The notes: generated by a model not told the origin, from the sequence alone. A stretch of 63,780 bases of DNA, filler included, from Choristocarpus tenellus KU-1152 (GCA_964200185.2; 12 parts of 12 records of this genome joined end to end with filler, not necessarily neighbours in it), one strand, 5' to 3'; numbered from the whole stretch's first letter, positions 40,001 through 53,253 are shown. Numbers and translations: made by a program.

Positions 40001-40665
40001 CTTGTCAAGCTGCCCTGCCTTGTCAAAGTAAACAATTCTAATGCATCAGCATCAGCACCATCACCTTACCAACACTCCTGACCTTCCAATCCTCCCTTCA
40101 TATTTCCAAGGGTTTTTTCTGCTGTACAGTCTACATACAAGCTCTTGTCCAAACCTTCCAAAAAATACTAAGCCCCACAAGAGGTCCCAACAGCCCCTCC
40201 ATACCCAACACAAAAGGAGGATCAATGACACCAGCAGAGGTGCCTATCTGCCCGCGACTTCTACACATGCCCTGCCCATTCTTTGTTTCATCCTCCCATC
40301 TTCCCCAATCAATTGACTGAAAGACCTCACACATAAATTCCCTGGACAAATCTGTTGGATGGCCAGCAGCATTGTTGTCACCCCCAATTCCTCCTCCGCT
40401 GCTCTCCCTCACTGTGACCTTGCAACTTATATGGTCTGGCGAGGCATAGTTGTGAAGAGATCAAGGCCTCCATCCACCATCATATTCCCAGATATAGCCC
40501 CTCGTGCCAGCTTCCCAGCCCTGCGCATGGTATCCACCATGGCCTGCACACCACAATAAAATGAGNNNNNNNNNNNNNNNNNNNNNNNNNNNNNNNNNNN
40601 NNNNNNNNNTTAATTAATTAANNNNNNNNNNNNNNNNNNNNNNNNNNNNNNNNNNNNNNNNNNNN

Positions 40666-40740
40666 CACACCAAAAAAGTGAAAATCGAAAAAAGGGTGAG
40701 AAACGGACGCCGACACCCCCCCCCCAAGATACTTTGACCC
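40666..40740. mobile_element. End of Sola2-type MITE, family B
   Basis: aaacggacgccgacacccccccccccaagatactttgaccc. Confidence 0.75.
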
Positions 40741-40865
40741 ACCAACCAATTACAATTTGAAGACGAACCTGTCCAGTTCCACCCTCACGCCTGGTCCAGA
40801 ACCGACGCAGCAACCTGCCCTATCAATCGACCATATCCCCGTGTAAACATCCAGACCACACACCC

Positions 40866-42330
40866 ATGCTGCAATATATCTCTATATCCGTCTACACTGC
40901 CACACAGGCGCTGTCCTCTAGACTTGGCATTGTCACCCCAAGCAGGACCACCAAAGATGACATGATCCAGATGTTCAAGGCAAAATATGCGGAGCTAAGG
41001 GCGGAAAATCTCATGACGGACGATTTGATTATCGCTAAGTGCATGGTGGGAGAGTCCACCCCCGACCTCAGGAGGAACAGGACCGAGGAGAACGATGATG
41101 AAGACGCCACAGGTTCTACGGACAAACACAGCTGGAGGTGAAAGGTGAGCGACAGCTACATTCCACTAATAGTTGCAGTGTACATTGAATGTGTCACGAC
41201 GTATTCGTTAAACAATGAGCAGATACTCCGTCCCACAGCACTGTACATAACCTGTTACACCAGAACTAAGCCTGAATCACCACGACCTATCGCCAGCAAC
41301 AATGCTCGATACGCGACCACCTCGCCCGTTTGATGCAAGTGCTGTTTCCAAGGACGGAGGGATTCCCCACGCTCCTAGAAATCATATTTGCAAACTTCGA
41401 CAAGTGCTTCTTCCTTCATCACAACACCACTATTTGGCAGGCGCAACAATACAAACACTGCAAATCCCGCCTCCCCAAAGGACATGCCGCCATGTCCATG
41501 AACTTCAGCGCCCACCTGCAACACAACCACCAAGACTTGACACAATAAGAGCTCTTCAATCTATTCCGTACGGCGTTTTTGACCATTTTCTGATGGTTGA
41601 CGGATTTCAGAGAAGAGGGAAGAGTGAAAGTATCTTAGAGGGTACGATTTTTGCCCTGTTTGTCCAATTTGGGACTTGGGTTCCCACAAGTGTTTTATGA
41701 CTCTTTCCTACTCCGATATGTTTCGGAGTAGGTAAAATTTGCACGTTATGAAAAGGTGTGTCTGGAACAAGGATATTTACACTTCCTCAAAAATATGATA
41801 GTCAAAATTACATCAAAATTGGAACATTCGAATTTGACCCCGAAATGGACGCGGCTCTACCCTCTAAGATACTTTGGCTCGGAAATCTTGGGAAGGGAAG
41901 GGTTTGGGGCTCACAGCATGACGGTATGCAGTGAACACCGAAGCCAAGACAACGAGTTCGTCCTGAACGCTGTGGGTATGTTTGTAAAAGACCGCCTCAT
42001 ACCTCTAGCCAGTGAATACGGACAGACTCTAGAGGTCCTCCACATCTGGTCCGATAGCTGCGGGAGTCAACTCAAGAACAGATGGCAGATGTGGTGGGTT
42101 TCACAGACTTTAGCACGGATGGGAATTTCCGTAGTACACGAATTCTTTGCCTCCTGTCACGGCAAGTCCTTGTCTGATGGAGTTGGGGCTGTGGTAAAGT
42201 CTGCTGCCAGGAGAGACTGGAACTACACGGGGTGCGCATGCCAGGAACCTCGTCCTTAGTGGATACAATCAAGGCAACCAAAACTCAGTACACCTTGAGG
42301 GATCTGACACCAGAGGAAGAGGGCACTACC
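40866..42330 (+). pseudogene. Sola2-type DDD transposase pseudogene interrupted by a MITE
   Basis: WQAQQYKHCKSRLPKGHAAMSMNFSAH (the DFSEN-equivalent motif), LHIWSDSCGSQLKNR, and EFFASCHGKSLSDGVGAVVKSAARR (SDG..QYKN and HGKG..DG.G..VKR motifs of Sola2). Contains stops, a frameshift and the 41622-41880 insertion. Confidence 0.8.
41622..41880. mobile_element. Sola2-type MITE, family A, 259 bp, with GGAA TSD
   Basis: Perfect 18-bp inverted core aaagtatcttagagggta / taccctctaagatacttt within GAG...CTC termini. GGAA lies at 41618-41621 and 41881-41884. Confidence 0.92.
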
Positions 42331-42459
42331 GCAAAGTCCGTAAGGTTCTTCCCGGGCAGACAATCGTCACAAGAAGGTAGGCACCACACTCCACACGACG
42401 ACTGCCCCCGCCCCCACTCACGAATTTCGGCGTCTGTTTGCCACTGGAGACAACCCCAA

Positions 42460-43325
42460 CACGTACACCCCTTGCCCACATATATAAAAAACACTCAACA
42501 TGTAATGTTCGAACCTATGCCACACCCGTCACTCCCTTCGCGTCGACACAACACGTAGCATCAAGATAACACAATACACTTAAGAAATGACTGCACCGAT
42601 AGTCTATACACACTTACAACTATCGCCGCCTTTTTTGCACAAGTCTGCCAATCGGTAAACTCGCGCAAAATTACAAGTTCCTCTTTTCTTTCCAGTGCCA
42701 ATGTCGACCATATACCTCTCGCTTGTTGCAGGAATATATACCACATACACCACATGCACGATTCTCCCTGCCCCCTCGCATCAGTCTGCACCCTCCCGCC
42801 CCTTGATAACCCATACACAAAACACGCAATACATATTGTTGACCCCCGTTATGTCACATCCACACCTTCCCTTGCGTCGATGCCACAAATCACATGATAA
42901 ATGCATGTATACATTTATCAATCGACCGCACACCGTCCATGCACACTTGCAACCATCACCCTCGATATACAATGAGTTTGCCAATCACTAAACTAACCCA
43001 AAACTCCAAGCTTTTGTTTCCTTTCACATAACAATGTCGGCCACATACCCATCGCTTGCTGAAGGAATAGATACCACATGAACCACGTGTATGATTTTCC
43101 CCACTCACAGTAATTATACCCTGTTTGCAACTCGCGACACTCTGCACCCTCCCGCCCCTTGCTAACCCATATATATTCCACCAAGGCAATAGATTTAGTC
43201 GACCCATTATGTCACATCCGTGCCTTCCCTTCATGCTAACAACACAAATCACAGTATGATCGCTCATATGCACACCTCTGAATCGACCGCACAAAGTCCG
43301 TGCGGTCTTGCAACCATCGCACTCT
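42460..43325. repeat. Degenerate ~340-360-bp tandem repeat (2 full copies plus a partial) downstream of the Sola transposase
   Basis: tgccaatc...tctgcaccctcccgccccttg...ttatgtcacatcc...aatcgaccgcac...cttgcaaccatc occurs at ~42645-42963 and ~42979-43324. Confidence 0.8.
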
Positions 43326-43331
43326 GTTTTT

Positions 43332-43588
43332 GAATGAAAGTATCTCAGAGGGTACGAGTTTTGCCCTGTTTGCACATTTGGGGCTTGGCTCCCCATGGGG
43401 TTTCTTATGACATTTGGGCCAAAGTATCTCAGGGGGGGTGTCGGCGTCCGTTTTTCACTCTCTTTCGAGGTTTCCCTTTTTGGTGTGATTTGGCCAAATC
43501 AAAATATTTTTTTGGGGGGGGTGTTTTGTGAGGGGGCGTCCGTTTCGGTCAAACAACTCTTTTTTTGCTGGCATTTCAAATCCGACAC
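43332..43588. mobile_element. Family A MITE end (43332-43415) interrupted by a family B MITE (43416 to the gap)
   Basis: gaatgaaagtatctcagagggtacgagttttgccctg... is followed by gggccaaagtatctcagggggggtgtcggcgtccg. Confidence 0.78.
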
Positions 43589-44749
43589 NNNNNNNNNNNN
43601 NNNNNNNNNNNNNNNNNNNNNNNNNNNNNNNNTTAATTAATTAANNNNNNNNNNNNNNNNNNNNNNNNNNNNNNNNNNNNNNNNNNNNACCCAACAAACT
43701 GTTGCCAAGGGCAACGCCCACTTAGCGTCGTTTTAAGGTCGTCGGATTTGAGTTACACATCCTATTATGGAGGTGAGTTCTGGGGCGCGCTGTAACACAT
43801 CTCCATTGACACTTGTTGCATATTCTATGCATACATACAACACACAGCATATACCGCACTACACCAACCAAACACATCGATTCTGCTATTTATATTAGAG
43901 GTTATAATGCTACTACTACCACTTCGTACTACCACCAACGATAACAATTTTGTCATAAATCTAAAAACGACGCAATATTAAATTCAATTTCAATACATGT
44001 CAGAGACAGATCTCATTTGGGATCTCCAACACATCGATAGAAGACATCGCACACAATTACTTCTACTACGTGCGCCATCTTTTTTTCTGTTGAGACTGGT
44101 CAAGGTGGTGTGGTGAGGTAAAACGCACGACCAGCTCGCAGTGACCCCAACATGAACCTTGGATTCAAACGAGGAAAACCTGGGACTGTGCTTCTGTCCT
44201 GACTAGTCCCAGCCTATAACAGTGAGGATCCATCAACACCTTACTGTGGAACTCTCAACACACTCTCATCATGCCTGTCCTATCTTTCACTTCTTTCCTG
44301 GAGCTCTTCTCCAGTGGTTCTCATCACCCCCTGTAACACAAGTTGGTCGCACAACATACATTTTATCATATTGTTTGCTCCAGAAAGTATACAATTTTTT
44401 TGTTACTTTAGAAAGGTTCATACAAGTAATAGTAGTCAATATATAGATAATAGATGACAACATCGGGTAGAATAGTACGAGGTTTTAATCTCGTATGATC
44501 ACGCATAGGTCTATGGTAGATCGCTAGATCTACACTTCCCCCTTGATGAAGGAGGGTTTAAAATGTTGCGCAGTTTAGGTCGGGAGCACAACAAGTTGAC
44601 CGAATAGGCTCCCTCCGGATCTGCTTTGCCGCCACCAAGGCCCTTGGGATTCTCTACGCAGCTTTTGTCCCTTACAGTGTATCATCTCAAAGTTATCTGG
44701 ATGACTCATCCCTCTCCTCCTGGAAGAGGATTTAACCTATAGTCATAAT

Positions 44750-45660
44750 ACGTGCATTTATCAGCCAAAGACGGATCTGGCGAGGGCGATGGGGATCATT
44801 CTTGACAAGGAGAAGGTACATGCTTCTTCAGTCCCTAGAGTCAGAGCTGGGCCTCCTACCAACAGCGGGCTTCAACCTTGCCCCAGACCCTGACAGTTTC
44901 ACAGTCTTAGGTGCTTCTCCGGGCACAAATTCTTTTCTCCAAGCCCACATGGGGGAAATGCAGGAGAGCTGACAACACTTCTCTATGGGTGCTTGAAAGG
45001 ATCATGAAGGTGGATCACTCAACTGAGTTATTGTATTTCTTTGAGGGAGGCTGTGAAAGTAGGTTTCTATGCTTGGAGACATACCACCAGCAAGTACAGG
45101 CCTAGATGTCAACCAATGCAGCTGGTCTAGGTCTGACCTCCACGATTCACCAACAGGATGCTGCATTGTGATATCATTAGCAGCCACCCTCCCCACCCTC
45201 CAAGCAATACAACAGGTATTATCTCGTTAGGAATTCACATCCACCGTCTGCTCCAGCCCTACGGTACTGGCTGTAGGAGCAACAATCTCCTCAATCTTGT
45301 CCGCAGGAGTCCCCATCAAGGACCCAACCGACTCTGTTGGCCAGAGAGTTGGGTGAACTGCGATGGTACAGCCCCTCCAAAGCAATCCCCAAAAGTCCAC
45401 GCTCTGGCAGCATACGACATAGAAGGGACACCTAGACGGGCCTAGCATGAGATCTTTTGGCCCTAGCAGTTTAACACTAAGGCCTTTACAATGGAAAGGT
45501 TTGGGTACCTAGCCACAAAGAAGAACAATTCGTGGACAAGATTACCACTGATATAGTGGGCAGTAGGGGGATATAGAACTTTAGTAGGAAGGAAGCAGTG
45601 AAGGCACGCCTGCGACAGATTGTGTCAGTCACTGCACAGGTAACTATCTCTGGGCGTGTC
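44750..45660 (+). mobile_element. Degenerate internal fragment of a CRE-like non-LTR element
   Basis: CRRADNTSLWVLE; HQQVQA*MSTNAAGLGLTS; PESWV...ALAAYD...RRA*H; KARLRQIVSVTAQVTISGRV. Colinear with the CRE ORF downstream of RT. Confidence 0.72.
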
Positions 45661-45661
45661 A

Positions 45662-45919
45662 GAGTCAAATCATTTAGGAGGGTAAGGGTTTTGCCCTGTT
45701 TGTCCATTCGGGGCTTGACTTCCCATGGGTTTTTTTTGTCATTTTTCGGTTTTCTATGTGAACACAGTTGCCTAAATTTTATACGACTATGAAAGGTGTG
45801 TCTGGAGCAAGGTTATCGACACTTGCTAAAATATACAATAGGCAAAATTAATCAAAATCGCAACATTGGATTTATGATCCCAAACGGACGCGGCCCCACC
45901 CTCATACATGCTTTGGGTC
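45662..45919. mobile_element. Older Sola2-type MITE, family A
   Basis: Colinear with 41622-41880 (ggttttgccctgtttgtcc...aaaggtgtgtctggagcaagg...acggacgcggc). Confidence 0.8.
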
Positions 45920-46340
45920 TCGTGTAGTTTAAAGTGCAGACACCACGTCAGTGGGCTAGACCAGGCTTGAATTAACAACCAAGGAGATCCCTCGCTTCTA
46001 GACCACCTTCATCGTATTAGTGCAGTTTCGTCTATAGTTGTCTTGGTTGTGTACAATACAACTCTTGATTAACTTACAAAGGGTCGGAGGTCGACTTCTG
46101 GAATGTCGTTTCACACACATCACTGCAAAATCAAACAGCACATTCTACACATATCTTTTTTTACTTTACCAGTAGAGATACAGTCGCTTACATTTGTTAC
46201 TACCCATTTCAAGATTATTTTTTGAACAGTGTATTATTGTGTAAGTGCCTAAGGTCGTCAAGTTCAACTAAATCAGCTATTAATAATATAAATACATATA
46301 ATGGGAGGATGAACGAAGACCACACCCAAACTGCTGCAAT

Positions 46341-46568
46341 GAGCCAAAGTAGAGGAGAGGTTACCGGAGTTGCATTTATAGATACTAGCAAATACATTCA
46401 AATTCGGCTTATTGTGTTGGAAAAATTTCAAACAACAGAGAAAATACACGCTTTCCAATCACACATATAAACTTCGTCCATAGAGATATGGTTGAATTAC
46501 AAAAGATTTAAAAGCAGACTTGAAATGCAAATCGGCCAAACCTATGTTTCTCTCCTTTACTCTGGCTC
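46341..46568. mobile_element. MITE family D with related TIRs
   Basis: gagccaaagtagaggagag ... ctctcctttactctggctc. Internal homology to 50783-51035 and ~51599-51849. Confidence 0.65.
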
Positions 46569-46899
46569 AACGCAATATACCCTTGACTCGATCAAATCGC
46601 CTAGTATCCACGTTCAAATCTCCCTATAAACTCCTCAACCCAAACAAAGACTGAGTACTTCAGCAGTTGTGACTACTACTGTGTTCCTTCTCAAGTCTAC
46701 ATAGAACTCAAAAGTGACATCTGATACAAAACTGTAACACCGACCCGTCAACTTCAACGTCACCTCACTCTATATCTTTTCATTAGAATTTCTGACTTTG
46801 TTTCGTATCTGCTTTTTTTTTGCCCTTTCTATTAGTTTAATGACAGACCTACTCCTATGTGACCTAGACATATTTTTATTTCCATACATATATTTGCCC

Positions 46900-47400
46900 T
46901 GTAGAAGGCGTGTACTATACCTTTGATGATTACCTATATCTCGTATGGACTATGCTCACAAAGTTCAGTATACCAGAATTTATGGTATCAAGTTCCATGT
47001 TGGAATGCGGGCATGTCTCCGCCAAATGTATGGCGAGGAGTGTACAGACTGTGGTCTGAGGTTAGGCAAGAGCCTTCACCAAGGATGTGCTCTTACCCCC
47101 ATACTTCAACTGCTACTTCAATATTTTGCTAAACACACCACCTATAGAGTTCAACTTTGACCTGGTAATCTCCAAGGACCTTGTTGCTATCAAGGGAGCT
47201 GAAAAACCAACAAAGTGAGAGGAGGAAAGGAAACAGGGAACGAGATAACTCTTCTTGAGTAGTGCTGGTGGAGTATGGTATACTATACTATATATAGGTA
47301 CTACGGTGTCTTGAGACTGAAGGAAGCCTGGCCAGGACGATGGCAGCAATGGTGAAGATGGCTAGGGCACTGACCATATCTGAGCTAAACTTTCAGAACC
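46900..47400 (+). mobile_element. Degenerate RTE-type LINE RT fragment
   Basis: KAY...LWTMLTKFSIP; LHQGCALTP (QG motif); DLVISKDLV; degraded motif around the YADD position. Confidence 0.6.
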
Positions 47401-48239
47401 CATGATCCTTCAATCCCCCCCAAAGCAGTAGATGCAATGCAGATCCAGGCTTAGGTTCAAAGCTACAAGCAGACGGCTAACTTTCTTCACCTTAGAGGCG
47501 CCATCAGCGGTCGTGCTGATATCCCCACCATCAACGAGCCTTGAAAGGCTGGACTGTTTTCTGTAAGGACAGTGACGAAGTAGTGCTTTGCGACAGAACA
47601 ACAAGGGGGAGCCATTTGAGCATATTACTTGTTTTATGCTGCTCAAAGATAAGTACACTTTAGGTCCTCCTAATATTCGACTGGTTATAATCTGTCACAT
47701 AAAGATGCTCTACCTGAATGTGACGGTATCGAGCCAACTATGAAAAAACCGAGGTTCTTTTCACGGTAGGGTGTGTTGTATACCCAAGGGTTGAGCGATC
47801 TCCACATAAAGAAGTTGTTTGTGGACCATACAAAAAAAAAAAATTGGAGCCAGGGTTGTCGGGAAAAGAACTGGTGGTGGATGTTTTCGCAACGACAATT
47901 TTGAACTGAATTATTGCAATCATGATGACATTCGAAGGATGGTGCACAAGGGTGAGAAATAAACACAGGTGGTACACATGTGTGGTTCATGGAATATCGA
48001 GCTTCATGGACAAGTATCATGCCAGAGAAGTCATGATAGCTGGTTATGTATGTCATGCTGAAACAGCAGCTCAAGCAGCTCGTCAAGCAGGTCAGGGTCC
48101 ATGTGGACGAACTGCTACGTGACCAATGTTCGTACATAGTGCTGCTGGTACACTATAGACACCATCGGTGGAGTAGATAAGGAAATGCAGACANNNNNNN
48201 NNNTTTCAGTTGAGCTCTACACAACGTTCATATATGGTA

Positions 48240-49300
48240 GTTCATGTATGGTAGGGACCTGATATTGGATCATCAGTTGATATATCACATATGGCACGTA
48301 TGATAAGTAGATATGATTCTTTTCTAGTTATCCATGATGTGGACGTTGCAAACCCCACATGGTAGTCTGCACTGGTCTTACCCACCTTCTCAGTCAGCGG
48401 AATCGAGACCATAAAGGCCCTTGTAATATTGACTCTGTTCATCTACATCAAGCTGTTCTTTGTCCTTCTTTAAAGCACCTTAAAAGCCACGGGTCTAGTG
48501 TGGAATAGTTCAAAAACCAATGCTGCATTTTTTAATTGGTCTCTTTCTTGGATTTGTGCATCTCTCATTTTGCGATATCATACTGGATGAGTGGTGTTTA
48601 AAGTGGATGGAACTAATGTGACCCCCCAAGTGTTTTCTTTCCCCTGCAGTAGGATCTTGGCAATGCATACTGGTTGCGCCGATCTTCTACTCCAAGCTAT
48701 TGGGTCCTATCGAGTAGTCTCTGGATAATGACCTTCCCTCTTTCTTACTTACATTGTGCCTTTTCTATCATATTTCAATATTTAATTCGAATATTGTGTT
48801 AATGGTTCTCTCGCTACCTTGTTGGCCATGGATCTGGGATCGCTCAAACGAATCTATAGTTGTGCCCCAGGCATTTGTAAAATGGCTGATTGTTTACAAG
48901 AAGAATCAAGGGTAATATAATGCTGAAATGTCTGGACTGGAGGCAACGAGCAAGTGGAGGAGATTTAGCGAACAATATGCGTTTTTTGAGTTGTCATGAT
49001 GTTGCTTGTGACCAATGAAGAGAAGGATATAGCAGTATCTGTTTTTCTCATCTACCTTTCCACACAGTGCATTTGGGGTTGACATGCCATGTATGTGGAT
49101 TGAGGTTAAATGTATTTGAACATCTGTGAGCGCCAGAACCATATCAACAAGCTGGTTATTATTTGTAGGTTCATGTTCCTTTCCCATTTTATAGCCATTA
49201 TAAAAATTGACATATTGAGAGGTACTTAGTCCGTATTCCAGGTAAGAAGTTTACACAGTGTGAGTAATACCATTTTTTCATTTGACACAATTACCTCACA
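48240..49300 (-). pseudogene. Possible degenerate APE-endonuclease region of a LINE ORF2
   Basis: KLLTWNT resembles the ++TWNV start of APE domains. Downstream similarity is weak. Confidence 0.3.
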
Positions 49301-49669
49301 ACATAATCCCTCGCTATTTTTGTCATCATCAGAAAATAACTGGATTGATAGAAGAACAGCAACCCCGAGGCAATTGACCACAGAACCTCTTGATGCTGTA
49401 TTTCCCGGCTTTGCCCTCTCTGCCTTGGCCACTGCAACCCTATCGGGATGACAGCATCCTTGGGAAAGTAGTGATCTTAGGTTAGGTCGAGGCTACCTTC
49501 CACAATCAAAATCTTTTGGCAACAATGTCACGTTGATGCTGTGACCAAGGCAAAAAACACACAATTACAAGGAATGTTTGTTTGACCCCTGTACAAGTAG
49601 AGCCATAAGCTCAATGTCTATCTTTGTAGTGGATAGTATTGGGCGTCTCATAATTATGCAGAGCTTTTT

Positions 49670-49785
49670 CTGGATAAGCTAGGTACTTGCAAAATAGATG
49701 GCAGAGGACGGGGGGTGGAAAGGGGCAGGGAAGGCGTGCCCGCAATACGCTGTGTCAGCAACAGCACAACAAGAGATATCTTACA
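49670..49785 (+). mobile_element. Small CRE-like C-terminal fragment
   Basis: tttctggataagctag...ggcagagg...gggaaggcgtgcc...tgtgtcagcaacagcacaa resembles the FLDELA...GR...VSVTTQ segment of the other copies. Confidence 0.45.
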
Positions 49786-50782
49786 TTAAAAGGAGGTCAA
49801 TTGGGACCCACTTGTGTATTTAGAGCAATATAACCTCCTGGCTAACATCCCATTCCCATACCTGAAGTATACCTAGACCCCTATAGGAGTGTGACTGTAG
49901 AAATAAGACAATTATTTGTCCACTCGAGCGAGAAATCGTCCTTCAGAGTGACAGAAGCACATGTGACAGAAGGGAATTATAGGGCCCCCAAACACTCAAC
50001 GACACTCCCCTATAATTAGATAGGATGGCTCCAATAATGACAATGTCATGACTTGTCATGCATTTATATCTGGAGAATTTACCAATCTGCTCCTTCTGGT
50101 ATCTTCTCTCATTCTTACCTCATTTTTATACTGTCTTAATTGTGAATGCTGGAATTGAAGGATAGATGTGTCACCCAACTCTTAATAAAAAATAATGCAA
50201 CTACTAGTGTGCAGGATGGATTCTGCTGTAAGCGACAAACCGCAGTATGGAGGAGTAGTAGTACATACTTTGCAGAATTTTTCAACGAAGCCTCTGTCGT
50301 TATATTTGTTGTGTTCTGTCCCCCACGACAACATCTATCTCCAAATCGTGAGTGGGTATATATCGAGAAAAGAAGCGCATGGCAACTAAAGACAGAATTA
50401 CTACTTGTTTCTAGATAGGCTGACGATAACTACCGAATTTTTATTCTTGTTGCATTATTGTAAAATTTGTGAGGCTATTGTTTTGCCAGGCCAATAATTT
50501 GCTGTGCACAAAGTTTCCACAGAGTGTTATGCTTCAAAGTATAAGGTCACACACAGCACTTGTTTGTTTCCTCGTTCCATCTCCCAAATAATGCACCAGA
50601 AAACAACAGGAATATGACACCTTCCTGTTCCCACCACCGTCTACTCAACAAATTTAACAAAAAAAAATTGTATATGTAGTATGGATACTAGGGCAGAGCA
50701 TCCCCATACTGTGAGGAACACGTGTTACTTAGGTCAAGATTGACAATCATATTTATTATGTAGAACAGTGCAAGACGAAAAA

Positions 50783-51035
50783 GAGTAAAAATAAACGAGA
50801 GGTATCCAGAGTTGCATTTTCAGGATGCTGACAAATGTGTACAAAATTGGATAAAAAAAAATGTGAACAGGATATTTCTGAATTGTGTAGGAAAACTTCC
50901 AATCAATAGAGAAATAAACACTCTTAAGTCAAAATTGGAACTTCCATAGAAATATGGGTGATCCGCAAAAGATTGGAAAACAGACTTTAAATGTAAAACG
51001 GCCAAAACCTGGGTACCTCTAGTATACTTTGACTC
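50783..51035. mobile_element. MITE family D
   Basis: TIRs gagtaaaaataaacgagaggtatcc / gggtacctctagtatactttgactc. The latter resembles the family A terminus. Confidence 0.68.
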
Positions 51036-51598
51036 AAACGAACAAGGTCGCTCTGCTGATCACCACACAGCTGACCTGGGTAAAGACACAGTAATACTAA
51101 AACCACTACTATTATTATCACTACTCCGGCATATTTATAATACTTGCTTGGACCTTGCAGCAGCTGAAATAGTAAGACTCATGGTACAAATACTTTATTA
51201 GGACACCTACGCAGAAAAAGCAAGAATATTAGTGACATTGAGGAAAGAGGGTATTGCGTATTATTACTTACTATCCACATTGATTGGTATGATTCTTCAC
51301 TATTCCCAATTACATAGTGCAGATGTTGTCACGTAGGGAAAATAAGAAACGTGAAGTGAAGAATACAACAAACACGACAACAGTCTGTTTGTATTTCTTT
51401 GAGGAAAGTCCTTCCAATACACCAACAATCATCTGCCTGTTCACCCAATGCAGGATATGTACCCAATATACACAAGAGACCGTATTTAACTTAGTTCATT
51501 ACAATATAGAACAAGATGTTATCAAAGAAAGGGATGGTGCAAGATGTAGTGTAAACACGACGAAAACAATACTGTCTTTGTAAATACTACATGGAGGT

Positions 51599-51849
51599 GA
51601 GTCAGAGTAAACAAGAGAGTGGTATTTTAAAGATGCTGACAAACATTCAAAATTCGACTCTTAAAATGAATGTGTGGAGAGTATTTTCTGATTTGTGTGG
51701 GAAAAGATAAAAACAACGGAAAAAACGCTCTCAAGTCAAACTTAGAACTTCATCCATCATAGAAATATAGGTGAATTGTAAAATATTGAAAACAGACTGA
51801 AGTGTAAACTGCCGAAACCTGTGTGGGTACCTCTCCTTCTCTTTGGATC
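51599..51849. mobile_element. MITE family D, degenerate
   Basis: gatgctgacaaa...aagtcaaa...catagaaatat...aaaacagact...aaacctg...ggtacctct is shared with 50783-51035. Confidence 0.6.
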
Positions 51850-53253
51850 ACTACACTTCCTTTATACTCTGGTTAAAAACAGAAACACTGATATCTCAAC
51901 TTCAACCTTCAACTCCCCCACCCCACTATCTAAAATGGTTTTGTGTTGGTGTGCGATTTTGTGAGATCGCAATAGAGTGCACAAAATGTAAATTAACTAT
52001 CGGAAAGTCTTTATCTATCACCCCGTGTTCTGCCAGTAAGTGTTTTTCATTACCAAATGTTATGGAATTTCCCATTTCGAGTTCGAAACAATAGTGAAAA
52101 GAATTATGGCCTCGGTAACACCCTCGGGGCAATACTCAAAGGTTTGATGATCTCATAGAGGAATTATCCAATCCAAGCGACCAATAAGCATTTGTCCCAG
52201 CCAACCAAAATGCTACAAAAGTTGCATTGTACAAGGATAAGACAATGGTTTGGGTACCATGGCAGATGCGTGTGCTATGTTTGCTAGCATGTCAAACACT
52301 TTCGCTGCCTCAGCCGAAACCCCGATCATTAGGCAGAAAATATCACTACCTCACCAGGACAGGACGTCCACGCACGATGAGGTATCAAGCCAAACTTCAC
52401 TGCCACACCAAGAGGTTGTCAACAGTGTACTGGCAACCCTCGCACCGATGCTTCAACCTGTTTTTAACCCAGAACTCATCGCCCGCTGTCTGTGCTGCCG
52501 TATCAAACAACCTGCTTCGGTTCCTGCGAAATACAGACCTCGTTCATTCCAAAAAGCAATGCATCAAGACCCGTTCGACCAGTCACATCCGTTCCCCAGC
52601 CTGTGCTTCGATCCCCACTTGCTTTAGCCACAGAGAAGGCGAACAATAGTGGTCGACACCATTCAGGCCAATACCTACTTCCATCGCTCAACCCACTGAG
52701 GAATGTCCAGGGAAGGGTCGAAATAGACGGAAGCTAACACGGGCTATTGCAGACTGCTCTTTTGCCACAGCGCAGTTACTAACCACGTTGAAGATGGTTT
52801 GAATTTGCCCGTCACCTTCATGTAGCGTCTCTTATTTACTGCATTTTTTCTTTTTAGTGAATTTCATTTTGCTCATACATACTGATTTTCGTGGTGGATT
52901 TTCTTATTTTCTTATTTTCTTATCGTTGTTGGATAAAACACCATTTTTTATTTTTGGACTTTTGTTGTTGTTCCTACATAACAACAAGATTCAAAATTAG
53001 GATGAACTCACCACTTCCGCAACACACATACATTCGGCGAGCTGCGAGCTACGCTGGCTCCACACCATTCCCTTTCTCCATGACAAATACACCATACTAC
53101 CTACTATCACAACTGGGTACTCTTGACTCACACAAGAGTTGACGCCACTGGTACTGTTCAACATTGAACCAAACATCAAGTTGATCTCTGGATCAAGTGT
53201 GGTGAACTCGTCCAAATAGACAGCTGCGTGTGGCACTGTCACCATTTGCTTAG

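Noticed and set aside
28090-40560. Several degenerate LINE/LTR-like patches (28090-28860, 33540-34100, 38600-40560)
   Set aside because: Probably TE debris, but no motif was clear enough to classify by eye.
41756-41880. N-terminus of the 167-aa ORF as part of the transposase
   Set aside because: It lies inside the inserted MITE. The same peptide (TPKWTRLYPLRYF) recurs at 9805.
44090-44190. tRNA or tRNA-derived SINE
   Set aside because: Only vague A/B-box resemblance. I could not build a cloverleaf and saw no second copy.
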